Part shown: positions 10,054 to 19,581 of the stretch, piece by piece | Layout of the letters: every line of letters begins with the position of its first letter | Numbering within the stretch: position 1 is the stretch's first letter | Source: an uncultured Actinomycetota bacterium | GTDB lineage: Bacteria; Actinomycetota; Actinomycetes; JAHEKZ01 | Assembly: GCA_963743915.1 (NCBI GenBank) | Contig: CAVURN010000002.1 | Coordinates: forward strand, 192,001-256,000 | Length of the DNA: 64,000 nt | Direction: 5' to 3' | Position numbers and translations under genes: made by a program | The notes under the pieces: model-generated | The model's database searches: none | The model's input: only the letters and a program-made list of their open reading frames with translations | Told to the model about the DNA's origin: nothing

Positions 10054-10848
10054 GTGCCGGTGCTGCAGCTCTCCGACGTGACCGTGGTGCGGAGCGGGGC
10101 CCGGATCCTGGACGGCGTCAGCTGGACGGTGGCGGAGGACGAGCGCTGGGTCGTGCTGGGTCCGAACGGTGCCGGCAAGACCACCCTGCTGCAGATCGCG
10201 GCTGCGCGGATGCACCCGACCTCGGGCACCGCTGAGGTGCTGGGCGAACGCCTCGGCGCCGTGGACGTCTTCGAGCTGCGACCCCGGATCGGACTGACGA
10301 GCTCGGCGTTCGCCGAGACGATCCCGGCCGGGGAGCGCGTGCTCGACCTGGTGATGTCGGCGGGTTACGCGGTGACGGGACGCTGGCACGAGGAGTACGC
10401 CTCTCTCGACGAGCGACGTGCGGCCGACCTGCTGGCCGCGATGGGAGCCGGGCAGCTGCACGACCGCCGGTTCGGGACGCTCAGCGAAGGTGAGCGGAAG
10501 CGGGTGCAGATCGCGCGCGCCCTGATGACCGACCCCGAGCTGGTGATCCTCGACGAACCCGCAGCTGGCCTCGACCTCGGTTCCCGCGAGGACCTGCTCA
10601 CCCGGCTGTCCGACCTCGCCGCACAGCCAGAAGGACCGGTCGTCGTGCTCGTGACGCACCACGTGGAGGAGATCCCTCGGGACTTCACGCATGCGCTGTT
10701 GATGCGCGCAGGTCGAGTCGTCGCCGCCGGCCCTGTCGCAGAGGTGCTCACGACGCCCTGGCTCACCGCGACCTTCGGGCTGCCGCTGCTGCTGACCGAG
10801 CACGCCGGTCGCTACTTCGCGCAGGCGCTGCTCCCGCCCTCGTCGTAG
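10054..10848 (+). CDS. ABC transporter ATP-binding protein
   Basis: GPNGAGKT, LSEGE, ILDEP, THH. Confidence 0.92.
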   Translation: MPVLQLSDVTVVRSGARILDGVSWTVAEDERWVVLGPNGAGKTTLLQIAAARMHPTSGTAEVLGERLGAVDVFELRPRIGLTSSAFAETIPAGERVLDLVMSAGYAVTGRWHEEYASLDERRAADLLAAMGAGQLHDRRFGTLSEGERKRVQIARALMTDPELVILDEPAAGLDLGSREDLLTRLSDLAAQPEGPVVVLVTHHVEEIPRDFTHALLMRAGRVVAAGPVAEVLTTPWLTATFGLPLLLTEHAGRYFAQALLPPSS

Positions 10849-10856
10849 GCGACCGT

Positions 10857-12032
10857 TCAGCGACCGGGCGGTGACGTCCACGGCAGGGCCATGACCTCGA
10901 CCTCGTTGCCCGGCTGCAGGGTGCCGGTGCCGGGAGGGACCACGACCATCAGGTCGGCGGTCGAGACACCGGTGAGCATCGCCGGACCGCGACGCGTCGA
11001 AGGTTCGACACCTTCGGCGTGCCACCGGCCGGGGATCAGCCGGTGCGAGGTGGGGTGAGCATCGACGGCGGTGGACAGCCGAACCCGCCGCAGGACGGGC
11101 AAGGTCCGACCCTCCAGGGCCCCGAGCGCAGGAGCGGCCAGCGTCAGCAGCCCCGAGACCGCCGCGAGGGGATTTCCGGGCAGGGCGACGAGGAGACGGC
11201 CGCCGGGCAGGCGGCCGAGCTTCATCGGGTGGCCGGGACGGACCTGGACCCCGTCCACGTGCCAGGTGCCCCCGAGATCGGCCACCGCAGCGCGGACGTG
11301 GTCGGCCGGCCCGCGTGCGGTACCGCCGGTCGTGAGGACGAGATCGGCATCGACGTCCAGTGCCTCGCGGGTCGCGTCGAGCCGGTCCGGGACGTGCCGC
11401 AGGTCGACGGGGAGACCTCCCATCGCCGACACCCACGCCGGCAGCTGCGGGGCGAGGGCATCGCGGACCGCGCCTCCCGTCGGCACCCCCGTGGTGTTCA
11501 GCTCGTCCCCCAGGACAGCGACGGCGACGCGCGGGGGAGGGACGACAGCGAGCTGGTCGTGACCGGCGGCGGCGGCCAGACCGACGGCGGGCGGCGTCAG
11601 GACCGTGCCGGCCACCAGGACGGTCTCGTGGGTCCGGATCTCCTCACCGCGGCGGCGGACGTCGTGACCGGGCGGCAGCGGGGGACCGTCGTACCGCAGG
11701 ACGCCGTCGACCTCACTGCCGTGCTCGGTGCGCAGCACGGCCGCCCCGACCGGGACCACCGCCCCGGTGCTGATGCGCACCGACTGGCCGTCGGCGAGCC
11801 CCAGGGGGTTCTGGCCCGCCCGCGACTCTCCGACCACCGTCCACGGCCCGGACCCGAGGACCGCCCACCCGTCCATGGCGGCGGTGTCGAACGGCGGCAG
11901 GTCGACGCGCGACGCGACCGTCTCGGCCAGCACCGATCCGACCGCCTCGGGCAGGGGGACGAGGTGGGGTGGGAGGGCGTCGGCGACCGCCGCTGCCGTC
12001 GTCCGCGCCTCGGGCCAGCTCATCTCGCTCAC
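10857..12032 (-). CDS. moeA: Molybdopterin molybdotransferase MoeA
   Basis: PPFDTAAMDGWAV, ISTGA, LGDEL, TTGG, LPGNP; start 12032 or 12023. Confidence 0.9.
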   Translation of the reverse strand: MSEMSWPEARTTAAAVADALPPHLVPLPEAVGSVLAETVASRVDLPPFDTAAMDGWAVLGSGPWTVVGESRAGQNPLGLADGQSVRISTGAVVPVGAAVLRTEHGSEVDGVLRYDGPPLPPGHDVRRRGEEIRTHETVLVAGTVLTPPAVGLAAAAGHDQLAVVPPPRVAVAVLGDELNTTGVPTGGAVRDALAPQLPAWVSAMGGLPVDLRHVPDRLDATREALDVDADLVLTTGGTARGPADHVRAAVADLGGTWHVDGVQVRPGHPMKLGRLPGGRLLVALPGNPLAAVSGLLTLAAPALGALEGRTLPVLRRVRLSTAVDAHPTSHRLIPGRWHAEGVEPSTRRGPAMLTGVSTADLMVVVPPGTGTLQPGNEVEVMALPWTSPPGR

Positions 12033-12101
12033 GCGGTGACGGTACCTGTCTGCGGCGCGCAATCCGGCCCGGGTCGGCCGGCTGCCCACTAGGCTCACCG
12101 C

Positions 12102-12563
12102 ATGCCGGAATGGGGATGGTGGGTGCTCGGAGCCTTCGTGCTGCTCGGCATCGAGACGCTCTCCCTCGACCTGGTCTTCGCGAGCCTCGCCGTCGGTGCA
12201 GTGGCCGGTGCGGTGGCTGCGGCACTGGGGGCACCGCTGATCGGACAGGTCCTGGCCGCAGGAGCCGTGGCGCTCCTGTCCCTGCTCCTGCTGCGACCGC
12301 TCGGGCTCCGCCTGCTCAAGACCGAGGGCACCAAGACGAATGTCCATGCGCTGATCGGCAGCTCCGCCTTGGTGGTCGAGCGGGTGGACGCCCGCAGTGG
12401 CCGCGTGAAGATCGGTGGAGAGGTGTGGTCGGCGCGCACGACGCGACCGGGCACCGCCTTCGGGGCGGGTGAGGACCTCGAGGTCATCGCCATCGAGGGA
12501 GCGACCGCAGTCGTCGACCGTCCAAGCGGCCAGACATCCGAGACCACCGAGGGGAACAGCTGA
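12102..12563 (+). CDS. NfeD family protein
   Basis: Hydrophobic N-terminus, then GRVKIGGEVWSAR OB-fold; directly upstream of SPFH gene. Confidence 0.9.
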   Translation: MPEWGWWVLGAFVLLGIETLSLDLVFASLAVGAVAGAVAAALGAPLIGQVLAAGAVALLSLLLLRPLGLRLLKTEGTKTNVHALIGSSALVVERVDARSGRVKIGGEVWSARTTRPGTAFGAGEDLEVIAIEGATAVVDRPSGQTSETTEGNS

Positions 12564-13448
12564 TGGAGGACTACGCGGTCTGGATCGTCGTGGCGATCAT
12601 CGGGCTCTTCGTCCTGATCGTCATCGCGCGTTCGATCCGCATCATCCCGCAGGCCAGCGCCGGCATCGTCGAGCGGCTGGGCCGCTACCACCGGACCCTC
12701 GAGGCCGGGCTGGCGCTCATCGTCCCCTTCGTGGACCACGTCCGGCCGCTCATCGACCTGCGCGAGCAGGTGGTCTCGTTCCCGCCGCAGCCGGTCATCA
12801 CGGCGGACAACCTCGTCGTCAGCATCGACTCGGTCATCTACTTCCAGGTCACCGACGCCAAGGCCGCCACCTACGAGATCGCCAACTACATCCAGGCCAT
12901 CGAGCAGCTCACCGTCACGACCCTGCGTAACGTCGCCGGAGGCATGGACCTCGAGCGCACCCTGACCTCCCGCGAGGAGATCAACCTGCAGCTCCGCGGT
13001 GTGCTCGACGAGGCCACCGGCAAGTGGGGCATCCGCGTCAACCGCGTGGAGATCAAGGCGATCGACCCACCCGCCTCGGTGCAGCAGGCGATGGAGATGC
13101 AGATGCGCGCCGAGCGCGAGAAGCGCGCGGCCATCCTCAACGCCGAAGGCGTGCGTCAGTCGGCGATCCTGACGGCCGAGGGCGCCAAGCAGGCAGCGAT
13201 CCTGCACGGCCGAGGGTGACGCCCGTGCCGCCATTGTGCGCGCGGAAGGTGAGGCGACCGCCATCCAGACGGTCTTCGACGCGATCCACCGCGCGGACCC
13301 CGACCCGAAGCTGCTCGCGTACCAGTACCTGCAGGTGCTTCCGCAGATCGCCAACAGCCCGTCCAACAAGCTGTGGATCCTGCCTGCGGAGCTGTCCAGC
13401 GCGGTGGCCCAGCTCGGACAGGCGTTCCGCGGCCCGGACGCCGGCTAG
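12563..13448 (+). CDS. SPFH/stomatin/band-7 protein (apparent frameshift near 13207)
   Basis: VERLGRY, PPQPVITADN, QMRAEREKRA; continues in the 13236 frame (AYQYLQVLP). Confidence 0.9.
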
Positions 13449-13463
13449 CTCGGGCGTGCCGTC

Positions 13464-14597
13464 CTACCGGGTGGCGACGGGAACCGGCTGGCCGAATCGC
13501 TGCGCGATCTGGCCGGCGACCTCGACGACCATGAGCACGTACCAGTCGGCGTGGTTGTAGCGCCACAACGCGTTGTACAGGCCCTGCGGACCGTTGCCGC
13601 CCCCGTTGGCGCAGAGGTACCGGGCGGCGCTGTAGATGGCGTCCGCCGGGTTCCAGATGTCGGCGACACCGTCGCGGTCCCCGTCGACGGCGTAGCCGGC
13701 GAAGGTGCTGGGCAGGAACTGCATGGGGCCCATGGCGCCCGCTGACGACGGACCCATGTTGCTGCCGTGGCCGCTCTCGACCTGACCCACCGCGGCCAGG
13801 ACCGGCCACGGCAGTCCGGCACATGTCGTCGCCGCTGCCTGGTAGAGGGCCAGGAAGTTCGTGGGGATGCCACCGGCGGTCGCCGTGCTCGCCACGTCCG
13901 TGGCGGCAGCCGTGGCTGCCGCGCGCTCCGCCGCTATCCGGGCCTCGGTGCGCTCGGCCTGGACCAGCTCGCGGGCTCGGGCGTCGAGCGTGTCGAGCAC
14001 CTCTTGCTGCTCGGCCAACGCGGCGTCGAGCCGGGCGAGGGCGGACTCCACGTCGGACACCGTCACCATGACCCGGTCGGTCCTACGCTCGGAGACCGCT
14101 GCCTTGCGGGCCAGCAGGTCGGCCCGTACCCGTTCGCCGTCAGCGGCCGTGGCGAGCAGGTCTACCACCTCGGTCGACTGCTTCCAACGCGCCGCCAGCT
14201 CCGAGGGACTCGCCGCCGTGAGGACGCCCTCGAGCATCCCGAAAGAGCCGCCGGACTGCTCCAGGGCGCGGACGGCCGCCGCACGGTCCTGTCGCGCGTT
14301 GAGGGCGGCCAGGCCGGCGAGGGCTGCCTGCTCATCCGCGTCCACCTCACGGCTCACCGCACCGGCGACACCGTGCAGGGCGCGCTCGTAGTCCGCTCGG
14401 GCCCGATCCACCTGCTGCTGCAGGCTGTCCAGGCGATCGGCGGCTGCGTCGGCGCGTGCCTGCGCCTCGTCGGCCGACTCGGCCCGCGCTGCACCCGGCA
14501 CGACGGCGATCACCGCACCCATGACGAGACAGGCGAGCGTCACGCGTCCTCGGGCAGCAAGTGCTGCCCGGCGCCGCATCGGCTGCGTCGGGCTCAT
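13464..14597 (-). CDS. Secreted coiled-coil lytic transglycosylase (SLT-type)
   Basis: Signal peptide ending ARA-E, Ala-rich coiled coil, LAAVGQVES, SSAGAMGPMQF, AARYL, YNHA. Confidence 0.88.
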   Translation of the reverse strand: MSPTQPMRRRAALAARGRVTLACLVMGAVIAVVPGAARAESADEAQARADAAADRLDSLQQQVDRARADYERALHGVAGAVSREVDADEQAALAGLAALNARQDRAAAVRALEQSGGSFGMLEGVLTAASPSELAARWKQSTEVVDLLATAADGERVRADLLARKAAVSERRTDRVMVTVSDVESALARLDAALAEQQEVLDTLDARARELVQAERTEARIAAERAAATAAATDVASTATAGGIPTNFLALYQAAATTCAGLPWPVLAAVGQVESGHGSNMGPSSAGAMGPMQFLPSTFAGYAVDGDRDGVADIWNPADAIYSAARYLCANGGGNGPQGLYNALWRYNHADWYVLMVVEVAGQIAQRFGQPVPVATR

Positions 14598-14606
14598 GTC
14601 CTCTGC

Positions 14607-14632
14607 ATCGGCGCCCGCGCGGTCGGTCTTGA
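14607..14632 (-). promoter_or_regulatory. Putative sigma-28/WhiG-type promoter TCAAG-N15-GCCGAT
   Basis: Minus strand TCAAG accgaccgcgcgggc GCCGAT gcagaggac ATG; resembles FliA/WhiG-family consensus. Confidence 0.6.
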
Positions 14633-14706
14633 CGGTCACCGAAGGCGCGGGGGCGCCGGCTGCTGGGGGGCTCCCGCCTAGCATGGGCGGCCATGAGGCG
14701 GTGGCC

Positions 14707-15456
14707 GTGACGGCAGTCGAGTGGCTGGCGATCCTGGCCGCGGGGGTCGCTGCGGGTGGCATCAACGCGCTGGTGGGTTCCGGAACGCTGGTGACGTTCT
14801 CGACCCTGGTCACGCTCGGCGTCCCGCCGCTGACGGCGAACGTGTCCAACACCGTGGGGCTCGTGGCGGGATCGGTGGCCGGGAGCCTGGGCTACCGCAG
14901 TGAGCTCGCGCAGCAGCGCGACCGCCTGGTGCGCTACGTGCCGGCCTCACTGGCGGGTGGTCTCGCCGGTGCAGCCCTGCTGCTCGTTCTTCCGTCTTCC
15001 GCCTTCGACGCGGTGGTCCCGGTGCTCGTGGCCCTGGGGGTGCTGCTGGTGGCTCTTCAGCCGTACCTGTCCCGAAGGCTCGCGGTGTCGCACGACGCCC
15101 ACCCGGTGGGCGGTCCGGTGGCGTGGGTCGCAGTGTTCGCGGTGGGCGTCTACGGCGGGTACTTCGGCGCCGCGCAAGGGATCCTGCTCATCGCGGTGCT
15201 CGGCATCTTCGTCGACGCCCATCTGCACCGGATGAATGCCGTGAAGAACGTGCTCGTCGCCCTCGTGAACGGCATCGCCGCCGCGGTGTTCATCGTCCTG
15301 GCGCCGGTCGACTGGGGCATTGCGCTCGTGCTGCTGGTCGGGTCCTCCGTCGGCGGGTACCTCGGAGGTCGCCACGGCCGGAAGGTGTCACCATCGTTGC
15401 TGCGGACGTTCATCATCGTGGTCGGGGTCATCGCCCTCGTGGTGATGCTCACATGA
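14707..15456 (+). CDS. Sulfite exporter TauE/SafE (TSUP) family protein
   Basis: AGGINALVGSG, YGGYFGAAQG; multiple TM helices. Confidence 0.88.
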   Translation: MTAVEWLAILAAGVAAGGINALVGSGTLVTFSTLVTLGVPPLTANVSNTVGLVAGSVAGSLGYRSELAQQRDRLVRYVPASLAGGLAGAALLLVLPSSAFDAVVPVLVALGVLLVALQPYLSRRLAVSHDAHPVGGPVAWVAVFAVGVYGGYFGAAQGILLIAVLGIFVDAHLHRMNAVKNVLVALVNGIAAAVFIVLAPVDWGIALVLLVGSSVGGYLGGRHGRKVSPSLLRTFIIVVGVIALVVMLT

Positions 15457-16277
15457 CGGTCATCGACATCGGATCGGCCGATGACGAACGGGTGGACGAC
15501 TACCGAGACCTCACCGACGTCGGGCTGCGCAAGCGGCGCGAGCCCGCGCAAGGGCTGTTCATGGCCGAGAGCCACCCGGTGATCGAACGCGCGATCACGG
15601 CCGGCTATCCGGTCCGGTCCGTGCTGACGACGCCCCGATGGCTCGGCGACGTCGAGATCCTCCTCGCGACGGTCGACGCACGGGACACACCGGTCCTGGT
15701 GGCCGATGACGACGTGGTGCGGGAGATCACCGGGTACCGCGTGCACCGTGGGGCGCTGGCTGCGATGGCGAGGCTGCCCCTGCCTGCTGTGGACGACGTG
15801 GTCGCCGGTGCAGGTCGGGTGCTCGTGCTCGAGGGCATCGTCGACCACACCAACGTGGGCGCCGTCTTCCGGTCCGCCGCCGGACTCGGCTTCGACGCCG
15901 TCCTCATCGACCCGACGTGCGCCGACCCCCTGTACCGGCGGTCGGTGCGGGTGTCCATGGGTGCGGTGTTCTCGATCCCCTGGACACGGTGCGCCCCCTG
16001 GCCGGCCACGCTGACCTCGATGGGTGCCGACGGCTGGCAGGTGCTGGCCCTCACCCCACGACCTGAGGCACAGGAGCTGGGCGAGGCGGCGGCCGCCGCT
16101 CCCGAGCGGATCGCCCTCGTGCTGGGCACCGAGGGGCACGGTCTCACCGACGGTGCCCTCGCCGCGGTCACCGGCCACGTCCGGATCCCGATGGCGACCG
16201 GTGTGGACTCGCTCAACATCGCCGCAGCGGCAGCGGTCGCCTGCTACGCCTTCGGACCGGGAACGGCTCGCGAGTAG
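15453..16277 (+). CDS. TrmH/SpoU family RNA methyltransferase
   Basis: DHTNVGAVFRSA, LGTEGHGL, IPMATGVDSLN. Confidence 0.92.
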   Translation: MTVIDIGSADDERVDDYRDLTDVGLRKRREPAQGLFMAESHPVIERAITAGYPVRSVLTTPRWLGDVEILLATVDARDTPVLVADDDVVREITGYRVHRGALAAMARLPLPAVDDVVAGAGRVLVLEGIVDHTNVGAVFRSAAGLGFDAVLIDPTCADPLYRRSVRVSMGAVFSIPWTRCAPWPATLTSMGADGWQVLALTPRPEAQELGEAAAAAPERIALVLGTEGHGLTDGALAAVTGHVRIPMATGVDSLNIAAAAAVACYAFGPGTARE

Positions 16278-16330
16278 CGCCGCCCGTGCGGCGCGGTGCC
16301 GGCCCGTGCGTGAGGTGACAGGATGACGGC

Positions 16331-16720
16331 ATGAGCGGAGCCCTCGAACGGGACGAGGCGGGCACGCCACGGACCCGGTTGCTGCCCGACCGTCACGGCA
16401 TGGTGGTCCGGCTGCAGGCCGTCTCCGGTGGTCGAGCGGCACTGCTGGACGCGCTCCACCGGTACGTGGACAGCCTGACCGACGAGCCGGCCACCGAGTT
16501 CTTCTGCGTCTCCCTCGACCCCGACGACACCGAGACGGTGTGGCTGCACGAGTGGTTCCACGGCGAGGACGGCATCAACGCGCACCGTGCGGCTCCGGCC
16601 TTCGCCGAGCTCATGGGCGAGCTGGACGGCGTGCTGAGCGCACCTCCGGGCGTGATGCGCTTCGTCCCACTCCGGCTGCACCTGGCCGAGGGCCTCTGGC
16701 AGGACGAACCGCTCGGCTAG
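16331..16720 (+). CDS. Antibiotic biosynthesis monooxygenase (ABM) family protein
   Basis: DEPAT...DPDDTETVWLHEWF...AH pattern. Confidence 0.75.
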   Translation: MSGALERDEAGTPRTRLLPDRHGMVVRLQAVSGGRAALLDALHRYVDSLTDEPATEFFCVSLDPDDTETVWLHEWFHGEDGINAHRAAPAFAELMGELDGVLSAPPGVMRFVPLRLHLAEGLWQDEPLG

Positions 16721-16722
16721 CG

Positions 16723-17526
16723 TCACCGATGTCCGAAGGGACGGACCACCTTCGGCTTCAGCGGGACCGAGTGCCCCCACATCGAGGACACCCGCACCTG
16801 CGGACGCACGGCCTCGATGATCCGGTCGTGACCGAGGTAGAGCGCCATGTGGCTCATCGCCCCGGCCGGACCGTAGAACACCAGGTCCCCTCGCTTGCGC
16901 TCGGACAGGGGCACGCGGCGGAGCCCGGACTCGTAGATCGCCGTGGCGGTCCCGAAGTCCTGCCGCTGGTGCAGGTACGTGGTGACGGTGGGCAGGACGC
17001 GTCCACCGGCGTGCATCGCCTGCAGGACCAGACCGGAGCAGTCGTAGCCGATCGGGCCAGCGCCGCCCCACACGTAGCGGCGTCCGACCTGTTCGCGCGC
17101 CCAGCCGATCATGGCGTCGATGCGGTCATCTACGCCCGCAACGGCGTCCACGGTCGGTTGCACGGTGAAGCGGTCCATGCAGAACCTGCGGGTCATCCCG
17201 AGCTGCCTCCAGGTGCGCGCGTCGACCCGCCCCGTCACCTTCAGGCCTCGGTTCCGCTGGAATCGCTCGACAGCCGCAGCCGTGTCGGGCCCGTAGCGGT
17301 CCAGCTCGTGGGTCGTCCCCAGCCGACGCTGGACGAGAGCCACCTTCACACCCGCCCAGGCCCGGTTGAGCACGATGCAGCCCTTCGCCACCGGCACGGA
17401 GTCGGCCAGGTACGGGTCCTCGGCGGCCGCGTGGGCGCGGGGTCCCGGCGCTGCGAGCAGCCCCACGACGATGGCCAGCACACCGACCAGCAGGACGAGC
17501 AGACGGAACGGGCGGACGACGGTCAT
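16723..17526 (-). CDS. Secreted NlpC/P60 endopeptidase with peptidoglycan-binding domain
   Basis: Signal peptide, YGPDTAAAVERFQ...GLKVTG PG-binding motif, YVWGG..GYDCSGL, GDLVFY, HMALY. Confidence 0.9.
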   Translation of the reverse strand: MTVVRPFRLLVLLVGVLAIVVGLLAAPGPRAHAAAEDPYLADSVPVAKGCIVLNRAWAGVKVALVQRRLGTTHELDRYGPDTAAAVERFQRNRGLKVTGRVDARTWRQLGMTRRFCMDRFTVQPTVDAVAGVDDRIDAMIGWAREQVGRRYVWGGAGPIGYDCSGLVLQAMHAGGRVLPTVTTYLHQRQDFGTATAIYESGLRRVPLSERKRGDLVFYGPAGAMSHMALYLGHDRIIEAVRPQVRVSSMWGHSVPLKPKVVRPFGHR

Positions 17527-17535
17527 TCCCTCATC

Positions 17536-17561
17536 ATCGGTCATCGACGCGGAGAGGTGGA
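17536..17561 (-). promoter_or_regulatory. Possible sigma-28/WhiG-type promoter TCCAC-N15-ACCGAT
   Basis: Same geometry as the 14607 site, including 9 nt to the ATG. Confidence 0.4.
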
Positions 17562-17605
17562 GTGCCGAGATCCGTCCGGTGGGTGGGGCATGGCACGCTG
17601 AGGAC

Positions 17606-19121
17606 GTGCCGGATCCCCTCTCCGCTACCGCGCCCGCAGTCTCGGCGGAGGCCGTCGCGGCGCTCACGGACCCGATCTTCGCGCAGGCGCTCGAGCGCGA
17701 GGCAGCGCCGGGACTGGCCTTCGGGGTGGTCTCCCACGGAGAACTGGTGCACGCCCGCGGGATGGGCGTGGCGGCGCTCGACGGACCGGGTGCCGACCAG
17801 CGACACCACCTTCCGGATCGCCTCGATGACCAAGAGCGTCACGGCCGCCGTGCTCCTCAGCCTCCGCGACGACGGGTTCCTGTCGCTCGACCTGCCGGCG
17901 GTCGAGCTGGTTCCCGAGCTGCTGGCTGGCGGTGCGGAAGCCCGGCTCATCACCCTCCGCCACCTGCTCACGATGACGGCGGGTCTTCCCACCGACGACC
18001 CGTGGGGTGACCGGCAGCAGGACCTTCCGCATGCCGCACTCCGCTCCCTGCTCGCCTCCGGGCTCACACCGGCATGGCGACCGGGTGAGCGGTTCGAGTA
18101 CTCCAACCTTGGCTACGCGATCCTCGGCCTGGCGATCGAGGCGGTCACGCGTCTGCCGTACGCCGAGGCCGCCGCCATGCGCGTGCTGCGACCGGTGGGG
18201 ATGGGCTCGACCGGCTACCACCTCGACAGCCTCGACGAGAGCCACCGCGCACATGGCTATGTGCGCCGCTCCACCGGCTGGGCCGAGGAGCCCTGGGCGG
18301 GGTACGGCGCGTTCGCCCCGATGGGCGGCCTGTTCAGCACCGTCACCGACCTCACGCGATGGGTCGGGGTGATGCAGGGCGCTCACGGGTCCGATGCCGG
18401 GTCGGACGCCGGTGCAGTCTTGAGGCCCGCCTCCCTGCGCGAGATGCAGACCACCCAGCGCCTCGTGGCGGCAGTGAACATCGAACGCGCTCCCGATGTC
18501 GTGGGTTACGGGTTCGGTCTGTTCGAGGAGTTCCGCAGCTGGGGGCGGACGGTCCACCACTCGGGCGGCTACCCCGGCTTCGGCTCCCACATGAGATGGC
18601 ACCCGGCCTCCGGGCTCGGCATCGTGGTGCTGGCCAACGGCAGCTATGCGCCGGTCTACGCCCCGGCCCGGGACGCCCTCCAGCGGCTGGTCACCACGCT
18701 CGACGTGCCGCAGCGGCGTCCGCTGCCCGACTTCCCGGCGTTGGACGCCGCCGTGGCCGCGGTCACGGCGTGGTTGTCGGCGGAGACCGCTGACGGCGAC
18801 GAGGCCGACACCTTGCGCGCGATGTTCGCCGACAACGTCGAGCGGGACGTGCCGTGGCCGGAGCGCGTCGTGCAGTGGCAGGCGCTTCGCGTGCGGGGAG
18901 GTGCGCCCCCTGTGGAGGTCGCCGGAACCCGCCGAAGTCCGGCACCGGCCACGAGGACCTGGCAGGTCGACGGCCCCGCCGGGCGGGCGACGGTCACCGT
19001 GATGCTGGCCCCGCACGATCTGCATCTGGTGCAGTCGGTGACCGTCCGACCGGGCACCGGCCCTGGGTCGGACGACGAGGGAGCGGGCGCCGACCCCGAC
19101 GCGTCCACCGACTGGTCGTGA
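17606..19121 (+). CDS. Serine hydrolase, beta-lactamase/AmpC family (apparent frameshift near 17790)
   Basis: PGLAFGV in the first frame; FRIASMTK (SxxK), YSN and HSGG in the second. Confidence 0.88.
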
Positions 19122-19147
19122 CGGACCGCAGCTTCTGATCACCTGCG

Positions 19148-19289
19148 TGGTAACGTCGTTCTCGGTTGCAGTTGTTTTCCGTCGAATCGTTTCTCCGAAA
19201 CGCCCGCGGAAAGACTCGCGGGCACCTTGGTGCCCAGCCCCGAACCGCCGCACCGCGCGGTCCGGAAGCATCAAGAGTTGGAGAGTTTC
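19148..19289 (+). promoter_or_regulatory. Extended -10 (TGgTAACGT) and long structured csp 5' UTR
   Basis: TAACGT at 19151-19156; hairpins 19202-19223 and 19220-19235. Confidence 0.55.
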
Positions 19290-19493
19290 ATGGCAGTAGG
19301 CAGCGTTAAGTGGTTCAACGCTGAAAAGGGTTATGGCTTCATCGAGCAGGATGGCGGCGGCGCTGACGTCTTCGTCCACTTCTCGGCCATCACCATGGAC
19401 GGTTACCGCACCCTCGAAGAGGGCCAGCGAGTGGAGTTCGAGATCACCCAGGGGCCGAAGGGCCCCCAGGCGGAGAACGTCAAGACCGCCTGA
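19290..19493 (+). CDS. cspA: Cold-shock protein (CspA family)
   Basis: [31 protein letters not shown]; 67 aa. Confidence 0.96.
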   Translation: MAVGSVKWFNAEKGYGFIEQDGGGADVFVHFSAITMDGYRTLEEGQRVEFEITQGPKGPQAENVKTA

Positions 19494-19509
19494 TCAACGG
19501 CTGATCCCG

Positions 19510-19581
19510 AGGTCTGCCCACAGACCTGACGAAGGCCCGATGTCGCGCCCCTCACAGGGTGGCGGTGTCGGGCCTTTCGTC
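19510..19581 (+). terminator. Tandem hairpins / probable bidirectional intrinsic terminator
   Basis: AGGTCTG-ccca-CAGACCT, then GACGAAGGCCCGA...TCGGGCCTTTCGTC, between convergent genes. Confidence 0.65.

Noticed and set aside
9235-11436. 733-aa minus-strand ORF as one protein
   Set aside because: The first about 480 aa are antisense to the ABC gene or off-frame within moeA; only 9235-9990 looks coding.
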